64,000 nt of DNA, taken from Babesia bigemina (lineage: Eukaryota). Location of the stretch: the NCBI RefSeq assembly GCF_000981445.1, contig NC_027217.1:2604001-2668000 (forward strand), written 5' to 3'. Of the stretch, positions 1-11,188 are shown piece after piece (positions within the stretch are counted from its first letter, which is position 1; each line of letters starts with the position of its first letter). The notes beneath the pieces were generated by a model. The model did no database searches. It worked only from the letters and a program-made list of their open reading frames with translations, and was not told the DNA's origin. The translations under genes were made by a program, and so were the position numbers.

Positions 1-1332
1 ACGGCTCAACCCCACCGTCGTGGTGGTTTGCCGCCCCAACATAAAGGTGTTTCGCGTGATCGAGCAGCACTGTGCGCTCATGGCCGCTGCGGGGCAGCGG
101 GTGTGCCTCAGGGTCCACGTGCTGTCGTACCGCGACTGCATCGAGTCGCACAAGTTCGCGCGCGACCTCAAGCACGAGCTGGGCTGCTGGAAGGACATAC
201 AGCAGGAGCTGAAAACTCTGCAGGTGACCTTCGATGAGAGTGTGCTGCTCAGCAACGTGAACGGGCCCCCGCAGCTGGCGGTGCCAGAGAAGCTCGCAGT
301 ATCGCAGTCACCGGTGACCACACCGTCGCCGCTGAACACGCCCGAAAAGGCACAGGCGCTGGTGCCAGTAACAGCCCAGGCCACTGGGGGAGTGGACAAC
401 AGCGACGCCACGAAGCTCGCGATCGCAACAACGCAGACCTCCGCCCTACTCGCGGATATGCTGCAACCTCCAATACAAAACGCCAGACCGGCTGCGCAGG
501 TGGTGATCGACATGCGCGAGTTCAACAGCAAGCTGCCGTTCCACCTGTACTACAAAGGGGTGCAACTGCAGCCGATGATGTTGGAGATGGGCGACTACCT
601 GCTCACGAGGGACATTTGCGTCGAACGCAAAAGCCTCAGCGACCTCGTCACCTCCCTGGGGTCGGGGAGGCTTGCGCAACAGGTGGGTTAACTCGTGTAT
701 CATGACCGCATAAACGCCAATCAGGCCGAGGAGCTGTGCAGCGTATACGACTTGCCGTTCCTCCTGCTGGAGTTCGACGATGCCGAGTCGTTCCACCTCT
801 CTCCCTGCAACGATCAGTCCACGGGAATCAACTACATATACTCCAAGCTGTGCATACTGTGCTGCAACTACCCCAAGCTCAGGCTCATCTGGAGCCAGAG
901 CCCGGAGAGTTCCGCCGCCATCTTCGTTGCCCTGAAAAGGGGCCGCGGAGAACCCGATGCCGCGGCAAACAGCATGCTGATATCGCAGGCGCGTTGTGGG
1001 ACCAAGGGGGGTGATGGATCGGGCCAGGCCATCGTCGAACGCCGGAGACCGGAAGACGTCAACAACAGGGACGCGCTCCGCATCCTCCGCAAGATACCCG
1101 GCGTCACCAGCTACAATGTCTCCGAGATCCTGTCGAGGGTGGGTTTGAAAACGCGCCATATGGCTAATTTTACACGTCACGTAACCGCGCACTTCCTTGA
1201 CACGCGTATATGCCGTTGCAGGTGACGTCACTGAGGCACCTCAGCGAGATGGAGGAGGCGGACCTGTGCCAGTTCCTTCCAGAGGCCAACGCCCACGCCA
1301 TATACAACTTCTTCAACCAAAGACTCAGGTGA
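1..1332 (+). CDS. XPF: DNA repair endonuclease XPF/ERCC4 (Rad1), 3' part; 5' end outside window
   Basis: ERCC4 nuclease motifs VVIDMREFNSKLP, GDYLL, CVERKSLSDL..SL.SGRL, then LIWSQSP and HhH2 (LRKIPGVT). Introns 683-724 and 1139-1221 (GT..AG) join the frames; last exon ends ...YNFFNQRLR TGA at 1330-1332. Confidence 0.93.
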
Positions 1333-1339
1333 AGCTGGG

Positions 1340-1421
1340 CTGCTGCAGCGGTGAAGCCGCATACGAACTGTACTGCTACACTGCTGCAGCGGTGAAGCCG
1401 CATACAAACTGTGCTGCTACA
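1340..1421. repeat. Two-copy 41-bp tandem direct repeat in the XPF/PRP16 convergent intergenic gap
   Basis: ctgctgcagcggtgaagccgcatac(g/a)aactgt(a/g)ctgctaca at 1340-1380 and 1381-1421; 2 mismatches. Confidence 0.9.
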
Positions 1422-1596
1422 TCCATGTAGCAGTCAATGTCATTAGCAAACAGCGCTACGTACGCACTGCTATTCGGAACATGGGTAGCAATGTATATAT
1501 ATTGTTCACTTCATTATGTTACCGCGCAGGTGCGCACTGCATTATGTAGTTCGCCGAGGGTCTGCACAACAGCCACGGCAGCAATACGCGCGACTT

Positions 1597-4500
1597 TCAA
1601 CGCATACTGCTCTTCCTTTTGCCGAAAGTGACACCGGAACTGCCCTTGTCAGCGCCGGGGACCTGGGCGCGTTCCAGGGTCTCCTGGCGCGTGCGCTTGT
1701 ACTGCATTTCCTGCAGCAGGCGCTGGTTCTCCAGCTTGTCCTTGTTGCGCTGCGCGTTCTCCCCGGCGTTGATGTTTTTGAGGTAGAAGAACGAGGGGCC
1801 CAGCTCGTAGAGCCACTCGGCGTCCACGGCGGTGACGTGGCGCATGTACTCCTTGCTGGTGATGACGACCTCGTGGTACACCACGTAGTCCGGGGTGTAC
1901 CCCATTCCGTAGAGCGCCGACGACGGGTGCAGGAAACACGGCGCGAAGCTCCGCAGGTTGGTGTACTCGCCTAGGCCCTTGAGCTTCGAGGCGTTGTGGA
2001 AGTATCCCGCGCATATCGCCCGGCGCACCTGGTCCCAGTTGGTGCCACAGGTGGTTTCCTTGATATCCTGCTTCAGCACAATGTCCAGGAGCTGTTGCCG
2101 CACCTCCGACGCTCGGCGCAGCGATTTCGGCTGCAGCCGGTGCTGAGCGCACCAGGTGTCAGAGCGACCGTTGGCGACCCACTGCTTGTAAACGTTCAAC
2201 AGGGTCAGGTGGTCACTTTCCGGCACCATGAACTTCTCCCTGGTGGCGCCGTCAGCCGTTTCCCGCTGCGCGTCGGACTCGTTCTCAACCACGAACACGT
2301 TGGGCGCGGACATCACGGACACCACGGTAAGCACCTCAGACAGGCACTGCTCGCGCTCGCCGGCGATCATCATCTTGCCCAGAGGCGGCTCCAGCGGGTA
2401 GTGGACCAGCTTCCGGCCGACGTCGGTGAGCTCGCCGAACTCGTCTATGCCGCCCAGGATCCACAGCTGCAGCATCGCGCTCAGGATGTTCTCCATGTGA
2501 GGCGGGTCGATGAAGTCGAACTCCGTGAGGTTCTTCACCTTCAGCGACTTCAGCAGCAACACGACGTTGCAGAGGTTGGTTCGCCGAATTTCCGGCACGT
2601 TGTTGTCGAACAGGTCGTTCAGGAACGTGCGCTCGGTGTACAGGCGGTAGCAGACGCCGGGTGCGGTCCTCCCCGCCCTACCGGCACGCTGGTTGGCGCC
2701 GGCCTGGCTCACTGGAGTTATCTGCAGGCTGTCCATGCCGACCTTCGGGTTGTACACCTTCAGCTTGCAGAAGCCGCTGTCGATCACGAACTTGATGCCG
2801 TCCAAGGTCAGCGATGTCTCTGCGATGTTGGTGGACACAATCACCTTGCGGTACGGGTACTTCTTGAAGACGCGCTGCTGCAGCTCGCTGGGCAGCTGGC
2901 TGTATATCGGCAGCACGCAGAACGGCTGCAGGTCGTTGCTGTTGGAGGACATCATCACCTTGTAGAGCTTCATGTCCAGCAGCTCGCACGTCGCGTTGAT
3001 GTCGTCCTGCCCGGTCATGAAGATCAGCACGTCGCCAGGGCCCTCTGAGATGTGGAGCGACACGCACTTGTCGACCGCGGACTCCACGTAGTCGTTGCCC
3101 ATGGACCGCATGTACTCGACCCTGACGGGGAACGTGCGCCCCGGGATCTTGTAGATGGGGCAGTTGCCGAAAAACTTGGAGAACTTGTCGGCGTCCATGG
3201 TGGCCGAGGTGACTATCACGCGGAGGTCACGGCGCCTGGCGACCACGGACTTCAAAATGCCAAACAGCACGTCGGTGTTCAGGCTGCGCTCGTGCGCCTC
3301 GTCCATGATGATGCAGCTGTAGCGGTCCAGCTCGGGGTCCATCAAGGTCTCACGCAGCAAGATACCGTCCGTCATGAACTTGACCGCGGTGTTCTTGCTG
3401 GTCAAATCCTCGAAACGGATGGAGTACCCGACGAGGTCGCCCACCCGGGAGCCCATTTCTGAGGCCACACGCTGGCAAACGGACACCGCGGCGACCCTAC
3501 GCGGCTGCGTGCAGCCGATGACGCCGCGCTTCGAGTAGCCCGCCTCGTACAGGAACTGCGCCAGCTGCGTCGTCTTACCGGAACCAGTCTCTCCCACAAC
3601 GACCATCACCTGGAATTCGCCAATGTACGACAGCAGCTCCTCTCGGCACTTGAAAACGGGCAGCTGTTCTCGGGTGTTTTGCAACTTGGACTTGTACTCC
3701 TTGAGCTTCTGCTCCATCTCGTCTTCCGGCAGGTCCTCCTCCCCCAAGTGCTGCGCGTATTTGCTGTTGCTGTTAGTTCCACCCTTGCTAGGGTCACCGG
3801 CACCAGCGGAATCCCTGATGCTCGCTGTGGCGGGTTTGGTGTCGTCCAGGTGCAGCAACGCGCCTAACTTGGAGCCTTCGAGGTCCCAGAATCGCACGCG
3901 GCTCGCATTGCGCTCCGACTCCTCCTTGAGCTGGCGCAGGATGGCGCTGCCCTTCTTTGCCATCTGCGCGATGTCGGAAGTAACATCCTTTATGACGGAG
4001 ATGTTCTGGTTCAGGAACTTGTTGTAGATGTGGTTGAACGTGTTGTCGCCCGCTGCCACGCTGGCGTCGAGCGCATCACGCGTCTCCTTCCGCAGGCTGT
4101 CGTAGATGAACGGCGGTATCACGGAGCGCACCAACACGATCTTCTTAACCTCGTCCTTGTGCATGTTGCTGGCGTTCAGCCCCTGCATCTCCAAAGTGCT
4201 CAGACGGGACCCAGCTCCACCCTGTCTAATGCGCGACAACTCCCACAGCGAGGTGTCTATGTGCTTCTGAAACGAGAGCGAACCGCGCATCTGTTGTTTG
4301 CCTTGCCCTAGCTGGCTCTTGCCGCCAGGCAGCTGCGCCTGCCGCTTGGCCTCCTGGTCGGCGAGATACGTCTGGCTCTCCTCGTCGTAGTTGTTCTGCA
4401 TCAGGAAGCTCTCGTCGTCGCGGTCGTACCACATGTGGTCTAGAATCCTGTCGTACACCGCGTCACGGCCCGTGCTCTTGGCGGGACCGCTGTCGCCATT

Positions 4501-4695
4501 TGCGGCACGGTCGGCGCCATGCCTCGCATCAACATGGTCACCTCTCTCCCCGAAGAATTCACCAGCCTCCGCCACATCGTCGCCGCTGGAGAGGTACTTC
4601 GGTTTGCGATAGGCTGCCGTGCGTTTCGGAGATGGCGGCCGCGGCTTCGACGACTTCGGCAGCCGCGTCACCTGGAAGTCGTCAAACGGATCCAT
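1597..4695 (-). CDS. PRP16: Pre-mRNA splicing DEAH-box RNA helicase PRP16/DHX38
   Basis: GETGSGKTTQL, CTQPRRVAA, DEAH, SAT, QRAGRAGR motifs; HA2/OB C-terminus; PRP16-type N-terminal WYD..DE and IKDVTSDIAQMAKKGS. First ATG (MDPFDDF) at 4695. Confidence 0.92.
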   Translation of the reverse strand: MDPFDDFQVTRLPKSSKPRPPSPKRTAAYRKPKYLSSGDDVAEAGEFFGERGDHVDARHGADRAANGDSGPAKSTGRDAVYDRILDHMWYDRDDESFLMQNNYDEESQTYLADQEAKRQAQLPGGKSQLGQGKQQMRGSLSFQKHIDTSLWELSRIRQGGAGSRLSTLEMQGLNASNMHKDEVKKIVLVRSVIPPFIYDSLRKETRDALDASVAAGDNTFNHIYNKFLNQNISVIKDVTSDIAQMAKKGSAILRQLKEESERNASRVRFWDLEGSKLGALLHLDDTKPATASIRDSAGAGDPSKGGTNSNSKYAQHLGEEDLPEDEMEQKLKEYKSKLQNTREQLPVFKCREELLSYIGEFQVMVVVGETGSGKTTQLAQFLYEAGYSKRGVIGCTQPRRVAAVSVCQRVASEMGSRVGDLVGYSIRFEDLTSKNTAVKFMTDGILLRETLMDPELDRYSCIIMDEAHERSLNTDVLFGILKSVVARRRDLRVIVTSATMDADKFSKFFGNCPIYKIPGRTFPVRVEYMRSMGNDYVESAVDKCVSLHISEGPGDVLIFMTGQDDINATCELLDMKLYKVMMSSNSNDLQPFCVLPIYSQLPSELQQRVFKKYPYRKVIVSTNIAETSLTLDGIKFVIDSGFCKLKVYNPKVGMDSLQITPVSQAGANQRAGRAGRTAPGVCYRLYTERTFLNDLFDNNVPEIRRTNLCNVVLLLKSLKVKNLTEFDFIDPPHMENILSAMLQLWILGGIDEFGELTDVGRKLVHYPLEPPLGKMMIAGEREQCLSEVLTVVSVMSAPNVFVVENESDAQRETADGATREKFMVPESDHLTLLNVYKQWVANGRSDTWCAQHRLQPKSLRRASEVRQQLLDIVLKQDIKETTCGTNWDQVRRAICAGYFHNASKLKGLGEYTNLRSFAPCFLHPSSALYGMGYTPDYVVYHEVVITSKEYMRHVTAVDAEWLYELGPSFFYLKNINAGENAQRNKDKLENQRLLQEMQYKRTRQETLERAQVPGADKGSSGVTFGKRKSSMR

Positions 4696-4959
4696 GCCTC
4701 CAACACCCAGCGCAGCTGCGATAATCCAGGTATCCACGTATATTGACGTGAATAACCTTTGTAGTGTGCTGGTGTGCCTGGAAGGCTAATATGAGGAATA
4801 CCCGCCACATCCGGGCTTCTGTGTAAACGGGAGCAACGCCGTACCTCGGATGGCGCTCATCAGAATAAGTTTGTCATAGATTTATCGCAAGCACCGTGAT
4901 TTCGGCGCGAAAAAATATCGCGCCCTTTATCAACTCCGATCGCTGCTGTAGAAGCCGCC

Positions 4960-7900
4960 ATGGCGAGCTCGGAGATATCGCACATAGTAGCCACCCTGAT
5001 CCGGCGGATTCAGAAGAGCACCGCCCTGGGCTACGATGCGATCGCCGACAGAATGCAGCCCTCCTTCCAGGAGGAAGATCTCGCCATGTACGAGGAACAG
5101 GTCAAATCCGACCGCTTCGGGAGGGTGCAGCAGTGCGCCTTCGACTCACTCGCGCTGATTCGTGTCGCCGTCGCGCCCATGGAGCCCACGTGGGACGAGG
5201 GAATATCGGAAACGGACCGCCAGGCGATGATGGAGATCTATCCCATCATCAAGTGCTCCCTGGACTGCATCGCAAACCAGCTCGGCGACGCGTTGAGCAA
5301 CGCCGAGCGCCACAAGGAAACCACGGAGGAGACCTCGACGATCACGTTCGAAGGCCTCTTCCTAATCGCAAAAACGGGCATCGAGATGCTCAACCCCGCA
5401 ATATTTTACGTGGAGAAGTCGGCTCTCAGCACCATAATCGAGATACTGGAAAAGGCTTCTGCATTGCGGCCGCTGCTGAACGCATGCACCGCGTGCCTAA
5501 CGGCGTACCTCTGCCGACTGCTGGCGACGGATGTGCCAAGTGAACTGGGAGAAGGTCTGACCGTCACGCTGGCGCAGCTGAAGCACGTGTTCGAGCGCAC
5601 CCTCGCCATGGCCATAGCGGACGACGGTGACCAGGTGAACAACGGCACGTTATCGGTGCTCAAGATAACCATGACAACGGTCATGCGTAGAATGAAGGAG
5701 CTGATGAAAGACGCTGCAAACAACGGAAGCCAAATAGCATTTATTTCGAAGGTGATCGACTGCTGGTACGGGGTGTTGGTGGGGCAGATAATGCAGCTGC
5801 GGGTCGACATGGTACAATCCAGCGCGAAACCAGTGAAGCTGGGCAAACTCATGCGTATTATCGCATCATTCCCCACACTGCCACCGGCGCACAGTCTGAG
5901 GCTGGTGCTGCAGATAGCGCTAACGCTGCAGCAGGATATCTCGTGCGCCATACAGACGGAAACGCTGACCGCCCTCACCACCCTTATGGACGTGGACGTG
6001 ATGCAGGCTGGGGACGTTGTTAGGAACAACATAAAGCCGCTTTCTGAGGCGCTCGTAGAGGTGCTTTTCGACAGGCGTTTTTGCGGGAACTCGCACGGTG
6101 CGACTGACACCACCGACTGTGAAAGGCAGATCCAGCTGGTGTACTGTATCGCGCAGTGCATAAGAACGGCCAGGAGCGTTTCCCATGACAAGAATGCTAA
6201 AATGGACGAGTTCCTGCAGAAGCAAGTCCTCACCCTACTCAACACTGACAAGCCGCAGCAGGCCGATGGAGCCGCGCGACTTGAACGCATGGTGAGGGAG
6301 ACCCAGCACCTGCCCGAGCTGCAGCATAACTTCCCGACCATCGAGGATTTCATGGCGTCCAGAGACGATTGCGAGCTGCTCACGCGACTCACCAGGACGT
6401 TCAACTACCTCCTCAGCTATTCCAACCAAGCGTTGGACGAGGCTATCGCACTTGTCATTTGCTGGCTGTTCAACGAATTCGAGTTCGGAATCTGCCTCAA
6501 ACTACTCACGCCGTTGTGCTTCCATTTCCTGCGCACCAAGCGCAGCAAAATGCTGGACGGACTGCACAACGTCAACCAGATGCCAACCGGGATCGCGTCA
6601 ATGGTGAAGTCCGCCACCACCCGGTGGAAGTTGGGCGGCCGGATTTTTTCAGTTGCCATGGAAACCTACAAGGAGGTGCAAGAAGACTCCTCCATCGACG
6701 TGGACACCTCTAGCATGAAATCGCAAGCTGTGGCCATATTCACAGCGCTACTCGAGGCAACTGTGGACATCGCAAAGGAAACGGCAGGCAACCTGCCCAA
6801 GGAGCTGGAGGACTGCATCGGGATGTTTGCGCGGATGTTTGGCTTCGACGACTACGTACGGTTGCTACCCCTAACGCCGCTACACAGCATCCCAATCACG
6901 TCGGAAACGTTTAGAACGGAATCGTACATCTACATGTTACCCATATTGCAGCGCCAGCTCAAGGGAGTGCCGCTTGAGGTCTACATGAAGCACTTCATGC
7001 CGATCCTGACAAAAGTGGAAACGCTCAAGGCGAAAGCGCGGGATTGCGCCGCCATCAACGCGGCAAACGAAATGGCAATGACCTATGTTGTGCGTTCGTA
7101 CGACGCCCTGGTCGGCATACTGTACAACATCCTCATCGGCATGATTTCTAGCGCCACGGACTGCAAGCAGACGCTCGAAAGGAATAATTTCGAGCTGCTG
7201 AAGCATATCCTGGAGCTTCTGGACAAGAGTTCGGAGGGTGCTGTGGTTGCGTGCCGGCTCATGGCGTCAGCTGCCAATCTCGAGGGAATGGCGCCCCGCC
7301 TCATCGGTATTTTCGTCAAGCGTTTCGTCGCTTTGGAAACCACTATCCACACGGAATCCAGCGACGTTCAGGCCAACATCTATGCAATTGAGGATGCGCT
7401 GCTGGGCGCAATAGCCAACTGCGGCAAGTTCTGCGAATCGAAGATGTTGGTTGAGAATCTGGAGTCCTTCGAGGCGGCGCTCAGGCGCAGCAATTGCACT
7501 TTCGACCCCCTGATAAAAATATCCAGGGCGCTGCTGCCTTCGGTGGACGACCAACTCAAGCTGAAGCTGCACCTTCACTGGATCAAGCTCTGCAAAACGA
7601 TGGCAACCAAGAACCTCTACCTGGCGCTCAAGCGCAGCTGCGAGACTCTGGCTACAGAAATCAAAGAGTCGTTACCAAATAAGCAGCAAGAACCTGCTAC
7701 AACAACCGACTCGCCTTGCAAGGAAGTGTCTGTGTACGTGAAGGAATCGTGCTCGGTCTATGGTCTGCATGCCTTGTCGGAGGCGCTCAACGTTAAGCCG
7801 GATGCCAAACCCAATGTGGAAACAGAGGAATACAGCAAGCACCGTATATGCTGTATAGGCGCCTTTGTGAAGCTTTTGGAAACCATGAAGATGCACGGGG

Positions 7901-8820
7901 TGTATGACCAAGCAACCAAGAAGTTTGTTGACACCCTGATGAGGCCCCTGATCCTTGAAGCCATGATCAACGCAATTGCGCCCAACAACAACACGCGCAG
8001 CAGTGCCCTCATTATATATGACGGGATATGCAACCTGAAACTGGAGGAAATCGGGGATATACTGAAACTCAGCATATCCGCCCTGTCATGCAAGGCGTCG
8101 AAGATCATGCAAATTGTACTTGTGAGGTGCCTCACCAGGCTCATGGCCAGGCACAGCCAGCAGGCTGTGAAGTACAACCTTGCACAGGTTCTCCAGTTCA
8201 TATTCCGTTTGCTAACGGAGGACAACATCAAGCTCTACGTCCAGCTGCTGAAGTTCGCACGCGTCTGCGTCGTCAAGCTCAACCTGGACCAGGTGCAGTG
8301 GATGGCGCCCATGTTGATGAAGATGTTCGAAAATCAGAGCTGCTGCCAGAAGGCGAAGGTGTATGTGCGCCGAGTAGTTCAGAAGCTCATGGTCAAACTC
8401 ACACGCGACCAGATGCTGAAGATATTCCCGCCGACGCACCTCCCACTGCTCCGCAACATCATGGCAGCTCAACGGAACAAACGCCACAGCAAATTACGCA
8501 AAGCCCTGAGACCGTCTGACGATGATGACGACGATGACGATGAGCAGTTCATCGACAAGATGTTCAAGACGGACGATGAGGGACGGCTGGTGCTGAATTT
8601 CGACGAAAACGACGAATCCTGCCGCATAGAATCGGATATTATGGAGGAAAAGGGACGCCGGCGTCAGAAGAAGATGCGCCAGAAATTGCGCAAACGGGGC
8701 GACGTGCAACCATACACCTACATAAAGCTGAACAAGGCAAAGACATCGGAGAAACACAAGCGTGAGAACGTCAAGGCGTTGAAGAGCTTGGTGAAATCGA
8801 AGGTCAAGATGCGGCAGTGA
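4960..8820 (+). CDS. RRP12: RRP12-like HEAT-repeat ribosome biogenesis protein (NUC173 domain)
   Basis: 1286-aa helical protein with LLPL...YMLPIL...YMKHFMP segment, acidic DDEGRLV region and basic C-terminal GDVQPYTYIKLN, typical of Rrp12. Confidence 0.75.
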   Translation: MASSEISHIVATLIRRIQKSTALGYDAIADRMQPSFQEEDLAMYEEQVKSDRFGRVQQCAFDSLALIRVAVAPMEPTWDEGISETDRQAMMEIYPIIKCSLDCIANQLGDALSNAERHKETTEETSTITFEGLFLIAKTGIEMLNPAIFYVEKSALSTIIEILEKASALRPLLNACTACLTAYLCRLLATDVPSELGEGLTVTLAQLKHVFERTLAMAIADDGDQVNNGTLSVLKITMTTVMRRMKELMKDAANNGSQIAFISKVIDCWYGVLVGQIMQLRVDMVQSSAKPVKLGKLMRIIASFPTLPPAHSLRLVLQIALTLQQDISCAIQTETLTALTTLMDVDVMQAGDVVRNNIKPLSEALVEVLFDRRFCGNSHGATDTTDCERQIQLVYCIAQCIRTARSVSHDKNAKMDEFLQKQVLTLLNTDKPQQADGAARLERMVRETQHLPELQHNFPTIEDFMASRDDCELLTRLTRTFNYLLSYSNQALDEAIALVICWLFNEFEFGICLKLLTPLCFHFLRTKRSKMLDGLHNVNQMPTGIASMVKSATTRWKLGGRIFSVAMETYKEVQEDSSIDVDTSSMKSQAVAIFTALLEATVDIAKETAGNLPKELEDCIGMFARMFGFDDYVRLLPLTPLHSIPITSETFRTESYIYMLPILQRQLKGVPLEVYMKHFMPILTKVETLKAKARDCAAINAANEMAMTYVVRSYDALVGILYNILIGMISSATDCKQTLERNNFELLKHILELLDKSSEGAVVACRLMASAANLEGMAPRLIGIFVKRFVALETTIHTESSDVQANIYAIEDALLGAIANCGKFCESKMLVENLESFEAALRRSNCTFDPLIKISRALLPSVDDQLKLKLHLHWIKLCKTMATKNLYLALKRSCETLATEIKESLPNKQQEPATTTDSPCKEVSVYVKESCSVYGLHALSEALNVKPDAKPNVETEEYSKHRICCIGAFVKLLETMKMHGVYDQATKKFVDTLMRPLILEAMINAIAPNNNTRSSALIIYDGICNLKLEEIGDILKLSISALSCKASKIMQIVLVRCLTRLMARHSQQAVKYNLAQVLQFIFRLLTEDNIKLYVQLLKFARVCVVKLNLDQVQWMAPMLMKMFENQSCCQKAKVYVRRVVQKLMVKLTRDQMLKIFPPTHLPLLRNIMAAQRNKRHSKLRKALRPSDDDDDDDDEQFIDKMFKTDDEGRLVLNFDENDESCRIESDIMEEKGRRRQKKMRQKLRKRGDVQPYTYIKLNKAKTSEKHKRENVKALKSLVKSKVKMRQ

Positions 8821-9130
8821 GGACGACGGATTCGTAAGCTACATAGGCGAACGTAAATAAGTCACATGCATCATTTGACTTATTTACATCTACCGTCTGA
8901 CCAATCACAGTCAAACCAGACTCTCATGTCAATGTCCTATCTACAAAATTAGCGCAACTACATTATTAGTTAGTGATAATACTGTGTCTACACAATATGG
9001 TTCGTCTCTTCGTGGTTAGAGCGTTGTACGTAACAGGGGCTTGCACAGCACAGCCCGGAGTTAAATATCCTTCTGTATTGATATTACATAGACATTGCGA
9101 TGCTACAGTTCGTAGCAGAAATGTGTGCCA

Positions 9131-9457
9131 CTAATACGGCTCGTCAGGTGGATAGCGCTCGTAAGGGTCATAAATGTCCGGCGTTTCATTGAAGTAGTCT
9201 TCTACATTGTGAAGCGGCCATATATGATTCTGTATCATGTAGCGGACGAGAAAAACTAGTATCAACAAAAATGCGAGGCATCCAAAAGATATGGCCAAGT
9301 TCTTGTTGTTTTTCAGGCGCCTTTCTTGACAACATTTGCAATCACACGGAGTTTCGCTATTGCGACAACGCGTACAGCCGTGAGGTCCACATTGACCACC
9401 GTTACGCTCACATTTGTGTTGCGGGTCTTGTGATGTTGATTTTTGTGGCGACATCAT
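9131..9457 (-). CDS. Small Cys-rich single-TM protein, family member 1 (subtype A)
   Basis: ATG at 9457 (MMSPQK...), 108 aa; 8 Cys (CERNGGQCGPHGCTRC...CDCKCC), TM LAISFGCLAFLLILVFLV, tail WPLHNVEDYFNETPDIYDPYERYPPDEPY shared with paralogues in the window. Confidence 0.75.
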   Translation of the reverse strand: MMSPQKSTSQDPQHKCERNGGQCGPHGCTRCRNSETPCDCKCCQERRLKNNKNLAISFGCLAFLLILVFLVRYMIQNHIWPLHNVEDYFNETPDIYDPYERYPPDEPY

Positions 9458-11188
9458 CCCTTCCCTTGAATCCAACAACACTGCACGGCAATGTGCCACG
9501 CACCTGGGAGGGGGTAGCAATTAGAGGCTGCGATGTCTAAGTTGTGACAATAATCACGCATTAAGATATCTATGATGTGTCTGATTAGCGTGATTTTGTC
9601 TAGTTCTTGTGATATCCATCGCAGTGCTCCACGGACCATGCATGATGCATCGGGTGAGCATAGATTCACCGAGCATTACACCGTATCCGACAAATCCAAT
9701 ATATGCTCATTTTACACGGTAATTTAATGTGTTTATACATCTCATCTAAATGCAAAACATTGTACTCTGTATCACAACCGTCCATGCTGGACGCGAGGTC
9801 TAGAGGCAGCCATCTGCGCGATTGACATGTCAGACAGCATTAACGAATTTGTTGATGCCATAATGTGCGCATGAATGTGCTTTGCAATTGTTCTGATCGC
9901 TAATGCTGTAACGGGATGGCCCCAACCGCTCTTTCCATGAGCTGGAGGTGAAGTGCGCAGATGGACAGCGCTGTAGACAGGCATTTCATGGCTGCGTGCT
10001 CCAAGTCTTACGTCGTTCTCACGTTTAACGTGTGCTATGAAATAGTGCTTGTGTGTTTGTATTCGGTAGTAATACGTCAATATGATGGTTGCCGTTCGAG
10101 TCGCCTTGCCTAGCGTCACCGGCGGCTTTGCACTGTTGCCATAGCTGTACACCAGATTAGCCACAGAGATAGAATGCCAGGAGTAATTGACAGATAAGGG
10201 ACTGGAAGGATCGCATTATACATTACTGTTTAAGCCCATATAGTCCACTCCCTTATTGGGGATATTGCGGTCGATGCAGTACAGTCTTTTGTAAGGCATT
10301 CATTAAAATGACATGATTTGTCCGACTAATACCCGTTAATGTATAAAGGGCTTAATCTTCAACCACCATGCAAAGTATATTCATAATTCCACGTGTTTTG
10401 TTCAGATGTCACTCTAGTCGCAACAATGTTTACATTAATGATCAATAAAGTTTGTCACATCCACAGTTTTACTGAAATTTGTCGATGTAAACCTACTCAT
10501 TGCCTGACTACGAATCCCCCACCATTGTTAAACTCTGTCTCACGTCATGGAGTTCGCGATTACACTTCTGGCTTTGCCGTGGTAGCTTCTTCAGTTCGCT
10601 ATTCACTATGTAATAACCTTATGATAACATAACACCTCATGATGCAATTATATTAAACTGCGTTATATTGTTTAGGGCAATTGTTTATTCACACACAATG
10701 AGCTAAGCTAAGCTAAGCTGGCAATATTTGACTTTCATCCCCCATGTCAACGGTTATCATGTGGTGTATGAATGACATCGTTCTCAAAAATTGCTACAGC
10801 TGGCGGTATCATGTCGTAGTAAGAAGTCTTATTTGGGGGTAGCGATGCGATTCTAATATTCATCCTCATTTAAAATTGTGCAGCTTCGACCTACTACGGA
10901 TCCTATGTAATACATGAATATTGTCCGACTACATTCACACTTATGAGGCACACAAGATGCCACCTATAAAAATGAGTGTATAACAAAATAATGAGATTAT
11001 AACATACCTGGCATTTTGAGGTTTGGTTGTGGGATGATCTGCCCCACTCAAAGAATGCATACCAGACAAGGGAGCGATCGAATAACTCAATAGGTATTGA
11101 TGATATCTATGGTTAAAGTTTAATCGTTCTGACCACTACACTATCTGATGTTTAAGGAAACAAAAGTTTAGCATGGATATATAAGCGA

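Noticed and set aside
10700..10720. (AGCTA)n short repeat
   Set aside because: A simple microsatellite of about 4 units with no spacers; not CRISPR-like or telomeric.
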